Assembly (NCBI GenBank): GCA_045159875.1
Contig: CP067995.1
Coordinates: forward strand, 448,001-512,000
DNA length: 64,000 nt
Direction: 5' to 3'
DNA from: a cyanobacterium endosymbiont of Rhopalodia gibba
GTDB lineage: Bacteria; Cyanobacteriota; Cyanobacteriia; Cyanobacteriales; Microcystaceae
Translations under genes and position numbers: made by a program
Notes under the pieces: model-generated
Told to the model about the DNA's origin: nothing
What the model saw: the letters and a program-made list of their open reading frames with translations, nothing else
The model's database searches: none
Shown: piece by piece, positions 1 to 10,079 of the stretch
How positions within the stretch are numbered: the stretch's first letter is position 1
How the letters are laid out: every line of letters starts with the position of its first letter

Positions 1-27
1 AAGTTTCTTCGTTTATATAAATCCATA

Positions 28-847
28 ATGACCTCAGCTTATCTTCTTGTTACTCACGGTAGCCGAGCTCCCCGTCCTCATATTGCTGCCGAACGACTGG
101 TTTGTATAGTTAAACAACAAACACTTAAGTCTAAGACAACTAATAAGGACTTCTCTGTCTTTCTCGACTAAAAATAGGACAGTTAAAACATCTGTGGGAA
201 GATCAACAGAGCAACTCCAATCCGTCTCCTCACCGCTTATCGAAACTGCTCCTTTAGAACTAACTTCCGTGTCCTTGAGTCATAGGATTCAACAATTAGA
301 AGAGAAGGCTAAAATCCAAGGCATTCAAAATCTTAAGATTATCCCATTGTTTTTACTGCCCGTGGTTCACGTTAGGGAAGATATACCTAAAGAAGTGGCG
401 ATCGCCTAACAGCGTTTAGGGAAAACCATGAACTTAGAAGTGATGCCCTATCTTGGTAGCCATTGTAAGTTAACCTTCTTCCTATTCCGTCAATTCGAGG
501 AGGCTGCCACCGTTTGTAAAATTATGATAGCTCATGGAAGTCGCTATGGAAGAGGCAATCAACCCATTGAAGCTATCGCTCACCATTCATTTACAAGCAC
601 TGCCAGCTTATTAGTCTGTCTCACTGAGTTTAACTGACTTAGTTAACATTCTAGCAAGGAAAGAAAAGTATCACTATCGGACCTTATTTTCTGTTTGCCG
701 GGAGAATCACCACAGCCATTGCCCAACAAGTTAAACAATTACAGTTAACTGTACCTCAGATAAAACTTAAGATGGGCAGTCCTTTGGGAGCTACCCCTGA
801 ATTATCCAGATTAATTATAGAGATAATTCAGGCACATCTAGGTTGAT
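28..847 (+). pseudogene. cbiX: Sirohydrochlorin chelatase (CbiX/SirB family) pseudogene
   Basis: ATG at 28 gives MTSAYLLVTHGSRAPRP (HGSR motif), then a stop near 170. Later fragments read IIPLFLLPVVHVREDIP (in-frame TAA at 407-409), IMIAHGSR and PYFLFAGRIT in shifted frames. Lies directly upstream of cobA. Confidence 0.85.
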
Positions 848-887
848 TTCCCCAATATTTTATTTAAATACACAAGAATTTAAAAGA

Positions 888-1667
888 ATGACTAACAGCC
901 CCCGCCAACCTTGTTTAGGAAAAGTGTACTTAGTCGGAGCGGGTCCTGGTGATCCCGGACTAATAACCCTTAAAGGAAAAGCCCTCCTTGAACAAGCTGA
1001 TGTTGTTGTTTATGATGCACTGGTTAGTCCTCCGATCCTGGCTATGATTAGCGATCACGCTGAGAAAATCCATGCGGGAAAACGGCGGGGTCGCCACTCA
1101 AAATTACAAGAAGAAACGACCCGTCTATTAATTGAAAAAGCCTATACCCATGCAGTTGTGGTGAGACTAAAAGGGGGTGATCCTTTTATTTTTGGTCGAG
1201 GAGGGGAAGAAATGGAAGATTTAATTCAAGGTGGGGTTCCTGTTGAGGTAGTTCCTGGAATTACCGCCGGGGTTGCTGCACCGGCTTATGGAGGAATGCC
1301 TGTGACTCATCGGAAGTATAGTTCTTCAGTCACCTTTGTCACTGGACATGAAGCGGTGGGAAAGTATCGTCCTCAAGTGAATTGGTCCGCTATTGCTCAA
1401 GGTTCAGAAACAATCGTAATCTATATGGGCATCCATAACTTGCCCCAGATTGTGGAGCGATTACAAGCAGGAGGTTTAGGTTCTGACACCCCAATTGCCT
1501 TGATTCGTTGGGGAACTCGACCCGAACAAACAGAATTAATCGGGACATTAGGAACCATTATCGAGCAGATTCAACAAACACAAATCGGAGCTCCAGCAAT
1601 CGCTCTCATTGGTCAAATTGTCAATCTTCATTCAGTTTTATCCCATTCTCGTCCTAGTTATTTATAG
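888..1667 (+). CDS. cobA: Uroporphyrinogen-III C-methyltransferase
   Basis: Motifs VYLVGAGPGDPGLIT, VVRLKGGDPFIFGRGGEE and VVPGITAG. Start taken at ATG 888. Confidence 0.95.
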   Translation: MTNSPRQPCLGKVYLVGAGPGDPGLITLKGKALLEQADVVVYDALVSPPILAMISDHAEKIHAGKRRGRHSKLQEETTRLLIEKAYTHAVVVRLKGGDPFIFGRGGEEMEDLIQGGVPVEVVPGITAGVAAPAYGGMPVTHRKYSSSVTFVTGHEAVGKYRPQVNWSAIAQGSETIVIYMGIHNLPQIVERLQAGGLGSDTPIALIRWGTRPEQTELIGTLGTIIEQIQQTQIGAPAIALIGQIVNLHSVLSHSRPSYL

Positions 1668-1787
1668 TAATCGTTAAGGATATCCAACTCTTTTCCCCGA
1701 TCTCAGTGGTTGGACATTTACGGAATTCTAGAAATAAATGGTACTATAATAGACTGCAACTACAACCTTCATAAATATTTCTGTGCG

Positions 1788-2057
1788 ATGAGTTTAACAG
1801 CTAGTGAAAAACAGGAGCTGATGAGCTCCTACCAGGTCCATGAGACTGATACAGGTTCTCCTGATTTACAAGTTGCTTTACTAACGAAGCGAATTAGTCA
1901 ATTAACTGGACATCTACAAAAAAATCCTAAGGATCATGCTTCCCGTCGAGGACTCCTAAAAATGATTGGTCGTCGTAGACGGTTGCTTGCCTACATTAAC
2001 AGCAAAGATACAAACCGTTATCAAGCTCTAATTAAAAACTTAGGAATCCGTCGCTAG
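1788..2057 (+). CDS. rpsO: 30S ribosomal protein S15
   Basis: HETDTGSPDLQVALLT...KDHASRRGLLKMIGRRRRLL; 89 aa from ATG 1788. Confidence 0.97.
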   Translation: MSLTASEKQELMSSYQVHETDTGSPDLQVALLTKRISQLTGHLQKNPKDHASRRGLLKMIGRRRRLLAYINSKDTNRYQALIKNLGIRR

Positions 2058-2188
2058 ATTAAGCTCTCTTTATGACTTATCAAGCATCTTTTAGAAGACT
2101 AAAGGACAATAAGCATGTCTTTAAACTGTTTTAAAGACATGCTTCATGACTTCCCATTGAACGACTTTCTTTAGTTTCGAAAAGACCT

Positions 2189-2577
2189 ATGGCTTCTAAA
2201 TCTTCCCAAAATTCTCTACCCTTTGAATCTCGCCAAAAACAGAAGAAACTTTTTGAAACTCCCTCAACTCTGGGTTCAACTTCTTCGCCTAGATATCCCA
2301 CTAACTCTCCATGAAATCCTAAAAATGCCAGCTTCAAGGCAATTCTTGATAATGTCAGTTGACGGATGATGTGATGAACGGCTTTTTTTCTGAAATTCCT
2401 AAGACTGTAGGAATTTCCTCATTTTTAATTTTTTCTTGGCTTGTCAGTCATAATCGGCTCGATATTCCCGCCGCAGTAGTTGGCGCAGTTGGAATATAGT
2501 TGTATTTAAATTGATGCCAAATGGGGTGGGTTTTGTACGAGCTTTCAACAATAGCGAAACCTTGAGGAATTGTGACA
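2189..2577 (+). pseudogene. pam68: PAM68 (photosystem II assembly factor) pseudogene
   Basis: MASKSSQNSLPFESRQKQKK...ASFKAILDNVS*RMM**TAFF resembles the PAM68 LPFEP and AIP..VS.RM.RR motifs. Several in-frame TGA codons and a frameshift. Sits after rpsO, as in other cyanobacteria. Confidence 0.8.
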
Positions 2578-2745
2578 CATCTATAATCTATAGTGTCGTA
2601 GTGATCACTGAGGTGATTAGGCTCCTTTTGCCTTTAGCACGAGAGCGTAAATGTACTTCGTGCAATGCGATAAATTATTTACTAAATTAACATTGATTAA
2701 AGCACCGAAAAGGAAATATTTACTGACACTTAGAGGAATAAAACC

Positions 2746-3807
2746 ATGATTATTGTTATGAAATCAGGTTCTCCAGAAGCTGAAATTGAACGCATTATTG
2801 AAGAGGTAAAACAGATCAACTTGACCCCCGAAAAAATTACAGGTACTCAACAAGTTGTGATTGGCTTGGTGGGAGAAACAGCTACTCTTGAACTTTCTCG
2901 CATTGAAGAATTGAGTCTTTGGATTCAACAGGTGTTACGAGTCGGTAAACCTTTCAAACGGGCGAGTCTCGAATTTCGCCATGGACATTATAGTGAAGTG
3001 TTGGTTAATACCCCTAATGAAATAGTACCCTTTGGTAAAAATCATCCTGTCGTAGTGGTTGCCGGTCCGTGTTCTGTAGAAAATGAAGAAATGATCATCG
3101 GAACTGCCATGCAAGTTAAGGACGCAGGAGCGAAGTTTTTGCGAGGAGGAGCTTATAAACCTCGTACTTCTCCTTATGCCTTTCAAGGTCATGGAGAAAA
3201 TGCCCTAGGATTATTGGCAGCTGCTCGAGAAGCTAGTGGACTCGGAATCATTACCGAAGTCATGGACACCGCCGATGTAGATAAGGTTGCCGAAGTCGCT
3301 GATATTGTGCAAGTTGGAGCTAGAAATATGCAGAACTTTGCTCTCCTGAAAAAAGTGGGCTCTCAGAATAAACCTGTGTTATTGAAGCGGGGAATGGCAG
3401 CTACTATCGATGATTGGTTAATGGCAGCTGAGTATGTATTAGCAGAAGGAAATAGTAATCTTATTCTTTGTGAACGAGGAATTCGTACTTTTGATCAGAA
3501 ATATACCCGTAATACTTTAGATTTCTCAGCCATTCCGGTGTTACGGTCTTTAACCCATTTGCCGATAATGATTGATCCAAGTCATGGAACTGGAAAATCA
3601 GATTATGTGCCATCTATGGCGGCTGCCGCGATCGCGGCAGGGACGGACTCTTTGATGATTGAAGTTCATCCTAACCCGGCTAAAGCTTTATCTGATGGTC
3701 CTCAATCTTTAACCCCAGAAAGATTTGACCGCTTGATGCAGGAGTTATCCCTAATGGGCAATACAGTGGGTCGTTGGAGTCAACCTAAAGTCGTTTTTGC
3801 CCAATAA
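2746..3807 (+). CDS. aroF: 3-deoxy-7-phosphoheptulonate (DAHP) synthase, type I-beta
   Basis: Motifs [38 protein letters not shown] and DPSHGTG; GAGGA RBS upstream. Confidence 0.95.
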   Translation: MIIVMKSGSPEAEIERIIEEVKQINLTPEKITGTQQVVIGLVGETATLELSRIEELSLWIQQVLRVGKPFKRASLEFRHGHYSEVLVNTPNEIVPFGKNHPVVVVAGPCSVENEEMIIGTAMQVKDAGAKFLRGGAYKPRTSPYAFQGHGENALGLLAAAREASGLGIITEVMDTADVDKVAEVADIVQVGARNMQNFALLKKVGSQNKPVLLKRGMAATIDDWLMAAEYVLAEGNSNLILCERGIRTFDQKYTRNTLDFSAIPVLRSLTHLPIMIDPSHGTGKSDYVPSMAAAAIAAGTDSLMIEVHPNPAKALSDGPQSLTPERFDRLMQELSLMGNTVGRWSQPKVVFAQ

Positions 3808-3841
3808 CTCAAATAACTCACGGATTAATTATCCATTTCTA

Positions 3842-3889
3842 TGAAGGCAAAGTAGGGGCTAACGACCATCAGCCCCTACTTTACCTTCA
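3842..3889. terminator. Hairpin between convergent genes, containing a degenerate GTAG-type REP-like repeat
   Basis: TGAAGGCAAAGTAGGGGCT-N10-AGCCCCTACTTTACCTTCA, 19-bp arms with one mismatch. Confidence 0.65.
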
Positions 3890-3962
3890 ATTGAGAGTAT
3901 AGCGCTACTAAAAACCTCATCCACCTATACAGTAGGGGAGCTTATCTAAAAATAGTTAAGTA

Positions 3963-4721
3963 TTAAATATTTGAAATAAGTTGTAATATTCTAGAGGGCT
4001 CTTCTAACTCTCCAATAATGCGCCTTACTGGTTTAGGCCAAACACGAATAAGAGTTGGTGTGGCTGAGATATGATGAGTTTCGGCTTGGTCTGGGTGTTT
4101 AGAAATATCAATAACTTTAAGAGTGTAGGGATGTTCTAATTCCTTTTCAAGCAACCTATGAATAATTTCTAAGATTTGTTTTGTCGTGGTGCTATTTCCT
4201 GCTACAAAAAGACGCAAAATATATCCTTGATGAATTTTTGTATAATCTGTTTCATCTGATCCAGAAAAAACTAACTGATGTTGGAACTCTTGGTTGCGAT
4301 AATGGTCCCAAGACACAATTAAATCATGATTGTCCCACAGTTGAGGAAATTCGTCTCGATAGGTTTCTAAGATAATTGGATTACAAGCTTCCTCTTGCCA
4401 GGTTACTGTCTGCCAAGTTAGGTCAGTAATCCCAAATATGGAATTCAATAGGGGTTGATATCGTCTTAAGGGTGGATAAAGTTCAGCAACGGTTTTAACC
4501 TTGTCGTCCGTCTTAGAAAACCAACAATCAATGGTAGCTGTATAACCAGGAATTAAAAAATGAGGAGGTTCAGGTAAATGTAATAATTCCTGCAAAGCTA
4601 CACATAAATGAGAGTGCCATTTAACTTGCTTCGTGCGATCACGACAATAAACTAGATCTCCGCCGGGGGTGAAAAGAGCAATGCCTTTAAAAAATTCTAT
4701 TGGAACCACAGAAGTCATCAT
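3963..4721 (-). CDS. Long KaiB-domain protein (N-terminal extension plus C-terminal KaiB domain)
   Basis: C-terminal YILRLFVAG...YTLKVIDISKHPDQAE...ATPTLIRVWPKPVRRIIGEL is a KaiB signature; about 170-aa N-terminal region. Confidence 0.85.
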   Translation of the reverse strand: MMTSVVPIEFFKGIALFTPGGDLVYCRDRTKQVKWHSHLCVALQELLHLPEPPHFLIPGYTATIDCWFSKTDDKVKTVAELYPPLRRYQPLLNSIFGITDLTWQTVTWQEEACNPIILETYRDEFPQLWDNHDLIVSWDHYRNQEFQHQLVFSGSDETDYTKIHQGYILRLFVAGNSTTTKQILEIIHRLLEKELEHPYTLKVIDISKHPDQAETHHISATPTLIRVWPKPVRRIIGELEEPSRILQLISNI

Positions 4722-6809
4722 AGATTTATAAGTTCCTGGTTCAAAATTGTTAAGTTTTGACAACAAAGCAATGATGAAGATATTAGTATATTAATAATTC
4801 TATTCTATACGAATAGATGATTTTTTATCTTCATTATTGCTTTGTTGAGTAGGTATTGCTCAACATTTTAACGCATAACATTATGACTATTTAATTAGGA
4901 ATGGAGGCGTCCTCTAAGGCTATATCTTCAGTGATTCACCTTTCTTGATAGAAATGAAACAAAAACTAACTACTGGTAGCCATGCCACTAGTCATGTTGC
5001 CATGTCATTCATCCTTCATTAATTCCGTAATTTTGTTATATTTCCCTTGAATGATATTATAGTCTTTGATGGTTTCTGTATTGAGCAAAATATCATGGTA
5101 AACGGCTGGTTTTCTCTCGATTATTCGATATAATTTTTTATAAAAATAGCCCCTAAAGACTCCGCCATCGCTATCCCTATAGCTTTGCGTTCTTCAGCTG
5201 TATATAGAAGAATTAATCCTAGGGTTTTCACTACAGTGTTGTTATAAAGTATTCCCATCATTACGTAATATTAAATTCAGCCAGTTACAAAAAACAACTT
5301 AATAATAAATTAGACTTTGTATCTTAGTTAATTTTAAATTAAAAATAGATGTCCAAAAAATTTAGATATTTTAGAATATGGATATGATAGTGCAGAAAAA
5401 AATAGGTTAAAATACAAAAAATAAAATTATAAGCAAAGAGAAGAAATAATAGTTATTAACTGGCAAACTATTTACGAGATTAGTCATAAAGATTATAAAT
5501 ATGAGAAAATAAACCTTGAGTTTATGAGTATTTTACAACAAGCAATAAAAGGAAAAAATTTTTACTAAATAGTTAATGATATATTCAGTTAGATAAAAAC
5601 ATATAGATGATATAACCAATAAATAATAAATAAATTAAATTTTTTGTATCTTTTTGAGAAGGATATAGCTATCAGATTGAGGATAAAATTAACACTGCTA
5701 TATCTAAGTATTCGGAGATAAATAGAGATTACTCTAATAATAGTTATTATGTCTTTATTAGTTAGTGTAAATCTGACACAAGTTTTAGCCGAGTTAAATA
5801 AAATTTATAGTTTTATATTTAGTTTGTAGTTAATCAACTTTCTAAGTTATCTGATTCTTGTCAAAAAATATCCCTACTGCTAAATAATTGCGTTCTAAGC
5901 ACGATTCAAAGACTGCTATAACTACCATCGCTAATTTGTATTCATCCTACTTCATTTTTTACCATTCGTTCTTAATTATGGGAAATAAAAATTATCTTTT
6001 TATTTTTGAAAATTTTACAAGCTAGTCTATGATTAAAACTATTTTTCTATTTTTAGATTTTCAATAACTCGCATCTATTAAACTTGTTTCATTTAGATAT
6101 TCTCAACGGATTTCTCCTACAGCTTCGTGGAGTGTCCCATCATCCTATGATGAATTATTGTGCGCACTGTTGAGGAAGCTCATTATAGATGAATGGTAAT
6201 TTTCTTCACCCCATTGTTGATAAGTCCAATCGCACTCGCTCTATCTTTTCTTCTTTGAAGAACTTTTTGAGTTTTACTCAACTCAAATCCTTTGCTGCTA
6301 CAACTTCAAGAACACCCTTAAACGAATAGATGGCATTAGTTAATCAGAGTCCTTATTGCTAACTCCGTTTAACATACTTTGGGGTCTGTTCATAGCAATC
6401 ATTTTTAAACCTGTAACAGGCACTCTACTTACTTAGGTATCTTCTTAGTTTCTTAGAAAGAAACTAGCTTGCATTAAGAAATGTAAATACTCTATGATTT
6501 TTTAAAACTTTTCTTTCAGGGAACTCTTGAGTGAGTTAATCCTCTATATGAAAGATGAAAGAGCGATCACTTGAAGTGCAGATCAACTTCCATACTAAAT
6601 CCTGTCTGAATTCAAAGGTCGCAATTAATTGTATATTTTGAAACTTCAAGATTGCTTTTTTGCAATAAATCTCAATACCTACCACATAAAATCACCTAAG
6701 AATGTAAATTTTCTTTTCAAGATGCTCATCTTTCCTCCAATTTATCTATACTAAATCTCAAGCACTATATTTCAAATAGTTTTACTAATTTGCTCTGGAG
6801 GAAAGTTTT

Positions 6810-7184
6810 ATGGAAATTACACAAAAGTCAAATTTTGGAAGAAATTATTCGTTAACTTTTGTTAAAAGTTTTTTGATATGGAGTTTCACTCTAACAGTTT
6901 GTTTGTTGGTGGTAGGATTTCCTTTGATTGTCTTAATGGCAACTGTGGGAGCATTAGGGTCGGTAATTTTGCAGTCTGTGTTACCTGTTAGTGCAGTTTT
7001 ACTCGTAGCTGGTTCTCTGATTGGAGCTAACCTATTAGCTATTCTTTTAGCCGCAGCTATGTTGACATTGAAGGGGGTTCATCCTCAAGAAGTCAGTTGG
7101 CTCAGATGGCTGCATGGCGAAGCCAAGCCGTCCCATAGTTCAGTTTATGCTTCTTGTCCTTTAACCTGTAATGTCGCTCACTAA
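6810..7184 (+). CDS. Small hypothetical membrane protein with C-terminal CPLTC motif
   Basis: GGAGG RBS, intact 124-aa ORF, long hydrophobic segments, ends YASCPLTCNVAH. Confidence 0.8.
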   Translation: MEITQKSNFGRNYSLTFVKSFLIWSFTLTVCLLVVGFPLIVLMATVGALGSVILQSVLPVSAVLLVAGSLIGANLLAILLAAAMLTLKGVHPQEVSWLRWLHGEAKPSHSSVYASCPLTCNVAH

Positions 7185-7222
7185 AGATTAAAATCCTATC
7201 AGATAGTCTTAGATAGTGATTA

Positions 7223-7257
7223 GCTTAACTGACGTATAATAAATACGTCAGTTAAGC
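7223..7257. terminator. Perfect 15-bp inverted repeat between convergent genes
   Basis: GCTTAACTGACGTAT-AATAA-ATACGTCAGTTAAGC. Confidence 0.65.
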
Positions 7258-7302
7258 CCGGCAGATGACAGTTTTTCTGTGTCTTCTTCAAGATTTATTA
7301 GC

Positions 7303-8121
7303 CTAACTACCATTACCTCTAGATAGTATGTCCCTATAACCTAAAGAGATACTCTTGGGGGGTAGGTTGATATGTGTTTTAGCTCCTGGAGATTGTAAAC
7401 GCACCTGCAATTCTCCTTGGGATGTTACACTAACGATTGTTCCCTTGATACCTTCAACTTCTACAGAATGCCCTAAGCTATCAAGCAATTTAAGATAGTT
7501 GTTCAACAGGTGAGCGCAGCCTTGCTCGAGATAGCATTGATAACCATTAAAGATTCCGGTAAGAGTAATAGCCGCAAGTTTTTCTAAACTGGAAATAGAA
7601 CAAAATTTTTGAGTTCTACCCCAAGATTGTAAAGTAATCCCCGTTGGGGGGACAGTGTTAGACCAATTGATTCCTACTCCGATCACTGAATGGGTAATAT
7701 ACCCATTGCGGACACGAATTTCGGTTTTGATCCCCCCCAATTTTCGACCTTCGAGAATGAGATCATTAGGCCACTTTAATTTAACGGAAATCTGATGTTT
7801 CTGTAAAAGGTCAGCAATACCCCAGGCACTCAATAGGGTTAGATGGAAAGCATCCTTAACCAAAATTTGGGGAGTAATAGCAACAGACAGATAGAGTCCC
7901 CCAGGGGAAGATTGCCAAGTGCGTCCCCATTGTCCCCGTCCTGCCGTTTGCTCAGAGGCGATCGCCACAACTGGCAGATTGTCTTCCAGATCTAGAAATT
8001 CCCAGAGAATTTCATTGGTAGAAGGAATTTTTTTGAAACAATAGAGATTCTGAAGTAAAAAATGAGAAGTACTTGATAGTTGGATGAGTTCTTTGTGTAG
8101 TTTATCTTTACTAATAGGCAT
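7303..8121 (-). CDS. birA: Biotin-[acetyl-CoA carboxylase] ligase
   Basis: Motifs STN, QTAGRGQWGRTW, LKWPNDL, KLGGI and GVGIN. Start set at ATG 8121 to avoid overlap with pgeF. Confidence 0.93.
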   Translation of the reverse strand: MPISKDKLHKELIQLSSTSHFLLQNLYCFKKIPSTNEILWEFLDLEDNLPVVAIASEQTAGRGQWGRTWQSSPGGLYLSVAITPQILVKDAFHLTLLSAWGIADLLQKHQISVKLKWPNDLILEGRKLGGIKTEIRVRNGYITHSVIGVGINWSNTVPPTGITLQSWGRTQKFCSISSLEKLAAITLTGIFNGYQCYLEQGCAHLLNNYLKLLDSLGHSVEVEGIKGTIVSVTSQGELQVRLQSPGAKTHINLPPKSISLGYRDILSRGNGS

Positions 8122-8204
8122 GAAAATGTCCAGTCCCAATATAACAGTTCTAACTTCTGTCATTTGATAAAATTGACTTAAGATCAAAAATTGAGGTAAT
8201 AGCT

Positions 8205-9038
8205 GTGGTTTCTTCCTTAAATCGTCAAACCCAAACTCCCATTTGGCAATGGCAACAATGGGATGGACTCCCCTATTTGACTTGTACCTTGCTCCAAAAT
8301 TGGAAACATGGATTTTTGACCCAACAGTTTTTCCCCCGTCTTCCTGAAGATTTAACAAAAGTTTTACACCCAAAAGCAACAACCTATCGGGTTAAGCAGG
8401 TTCATGGCCGTCGGGTGTTAACTCCAACAGAAGTTGAGACACAAATAACAACAGAGACTCTAGAAGATACCTTTCCTCCTGCTGACGGATTAATCACTGA
8501 TGATAGAAATCAAGCTATTTGGGTGGCTAGTGCTGATTGTACCCCCGTGTTAGTCGGAGATATTAAGACTCACCGAGTAGCCGCTATTCATGCAGGATGG
8601 CGAGGTACTGCACAGCGCATTGTTCCTGAAGCTATTGCCTGTTTTCAACATTTTGGGAGTGCCTTAGATAATCTCCGCATTGCCATGGGTCCAGCCATCT
8701 CAGGAGAAGTCTATCAAGTCTCAGAAGAGGTAGCAGCTGAAGTAGGGTCAAGTCTATTCAAAAAAGAAGAGACAAGCAGTCCCCAGGAAATTCTAGAAGC
8801 TTTACGCACTATGTTTGACTCTCCAATTTTACCTGATCCAAAACCTGGACGGGTACGACTGGATGTACGACGGGTTAACGAGTTGCAGTTATACAAATTA
8901 GGGATTAAGACAGACCAAATAGCGATAGCTCCTCATTGTACTTATCAAGAACCCGATGATTTCTTTTCCTACCGACGGACTAAACAAAAGAAAGTCCAAT
9001 GGTCGGGAATTGTCTGTGGGGACTACCTGAAACAATAA
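8205..9038 (+). CDS. pgeF: Peptidoglycan editing factor / purine nucleoside phosphorylase (YfiH family)
   Basis: Motifs KQVHG, ADCTPVL, AIHAGWRG, GPAISG and FFSYRR; GAGG RBS before the GTG start. Confidence 0.92.
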   Translation: MVSSLNRQTQTPIWQWQQWDGLPYLTCTLLQNWKHGFLTQQFFPRLPEDLTKVLHPKATTYRVKQVHGRRVLTPTEVETQITTETLEDTFPPADGLITDDRNQAIWVASADCTPVLVGDIKTHRVAAIHAGWRGTAQRIVPEAIACFQHFGSALDNLRIAMGPAISGEVYQVSEEVAAEVGSSLFKKEETSSPQEILEALRTMFDSPILPDPKPGRVRLDVRRVNELQLYKLGIKTDQIAIAPHCTYQEPDDFFSYRRTKQKKVQWSGIVCGDYLKQ

Positions 9039-9096
9039 AATTGCGAAGACTTTCTAGTATGACTTTGTTCTCAAAGGCAAGTGAAAATATAGTCAC

Positions 9097-9993
9097 TTAA
9101 ACCCCTGTACGACCTAGCTCTAACCCAGTAACCAACATTCCTAAAACCAGAAATGGTTGTGCGCTAGATTGATATTTGACATCTTTTGGCGAAGGATATA
9201 TCAGAAAATACACATTTTGGAAGGTAATTTGAGGAGTTATCAACGATAATAACATAGCCGCATTGATACTAAACATAAGTGTGAAGAGACTTTAGCCCTA
9301 GCTAACGATTACCCTCGACACTCTTAAAATCATTAACGACCGCAATGCCCAAACCGGCAAAACTAGACAACACGCTTAGCACCACAATTGTCCAATTTCA
9401 CTCTCTAAATAAAGCATGACCAGCCCACCAAGGTAAAGCAATGTAACTTGCGCCAAGGGCATAATTCCCTAACCAGCCATTTTATTTCAACTTAAAGAGA
9501 GGGGCTGAGTAGATATAAGCTACAAGTGCGCTTTCTAGGGTCAAAAAAACATTATTGGGAACTCATCACCTGCCCAGATATCTAAATCGTATCCTAGGGG
9601 TAGTCCTACCCCTAATAGCATTAGGATTTTAGTTGAGTGACCACTTGAGGAACAAAAGTTGCTCCTGACGGAATGGGACGATAGGGTTCATTGATAACAT
9701 CGATTTCGCAGTCATAAAAATCATTGGTAGTTTGAGTGTAGCCAGCCATCAATGGTCCTGAAAGCAACATGCAAGCGGCTATTTTAAGAACATTTTCGAA
9801 CGTCCAGACATATCCTCTTGATGAAGCTGTCCCACAGATTATGCCCCAAACCAGGGAATCCCGGTGATGGGTTTCATCAATTGCAGTCGTAATTTTCAAG
9901 TCGATGTTTCCCCCGGAGCTGCCCCTTCATCCCTAATAGTTGACTGGTGTTCTTTCTCCCATCTTCAGTCTTAGATATAGAAAATTCAGACAT
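9097..9993 (-). pseudogene. chlG: Chlorophyll synthase pseudogene
   Basis: QLLGMKG (frameshift), LLSGPLMAGYTQTTNDFYDCEIDVINEPYRPIPSG, WLGNYALGASYIALPWWAGHA, GLGIAVVNDFKSVEG and SAQPFLVLGMLVTG. Multiple frameshifts, stops and a deletion. Confidence 0.95.
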
Positions 9994-10079
9994 AAGCAAT
10001 TATGAATCAATACAATGGCACTTAATGATGAATTCCTAACAAACTGAATTAAGGACGTATTCCAGATACGCCCATGGAA

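Noticed and set aside
2131..2337. 68-aa minus-strand ORF
   Set aside because: Antisense shadow of the pam68 pseudogene.
4890..6400. Protein-like fragments on the minus strand (ERKAIGIAMAESLGAIF; EEKIERVRLDLST)
   Set aside because: Probably pseudogene remnants, but I cannot assign a family without a search.
8122..8382. N-terminal extension of BirA in the ORF track
   Set aside because: Overlaps divergent pgeF; the BirA-like sequence begins near ATG 8121.
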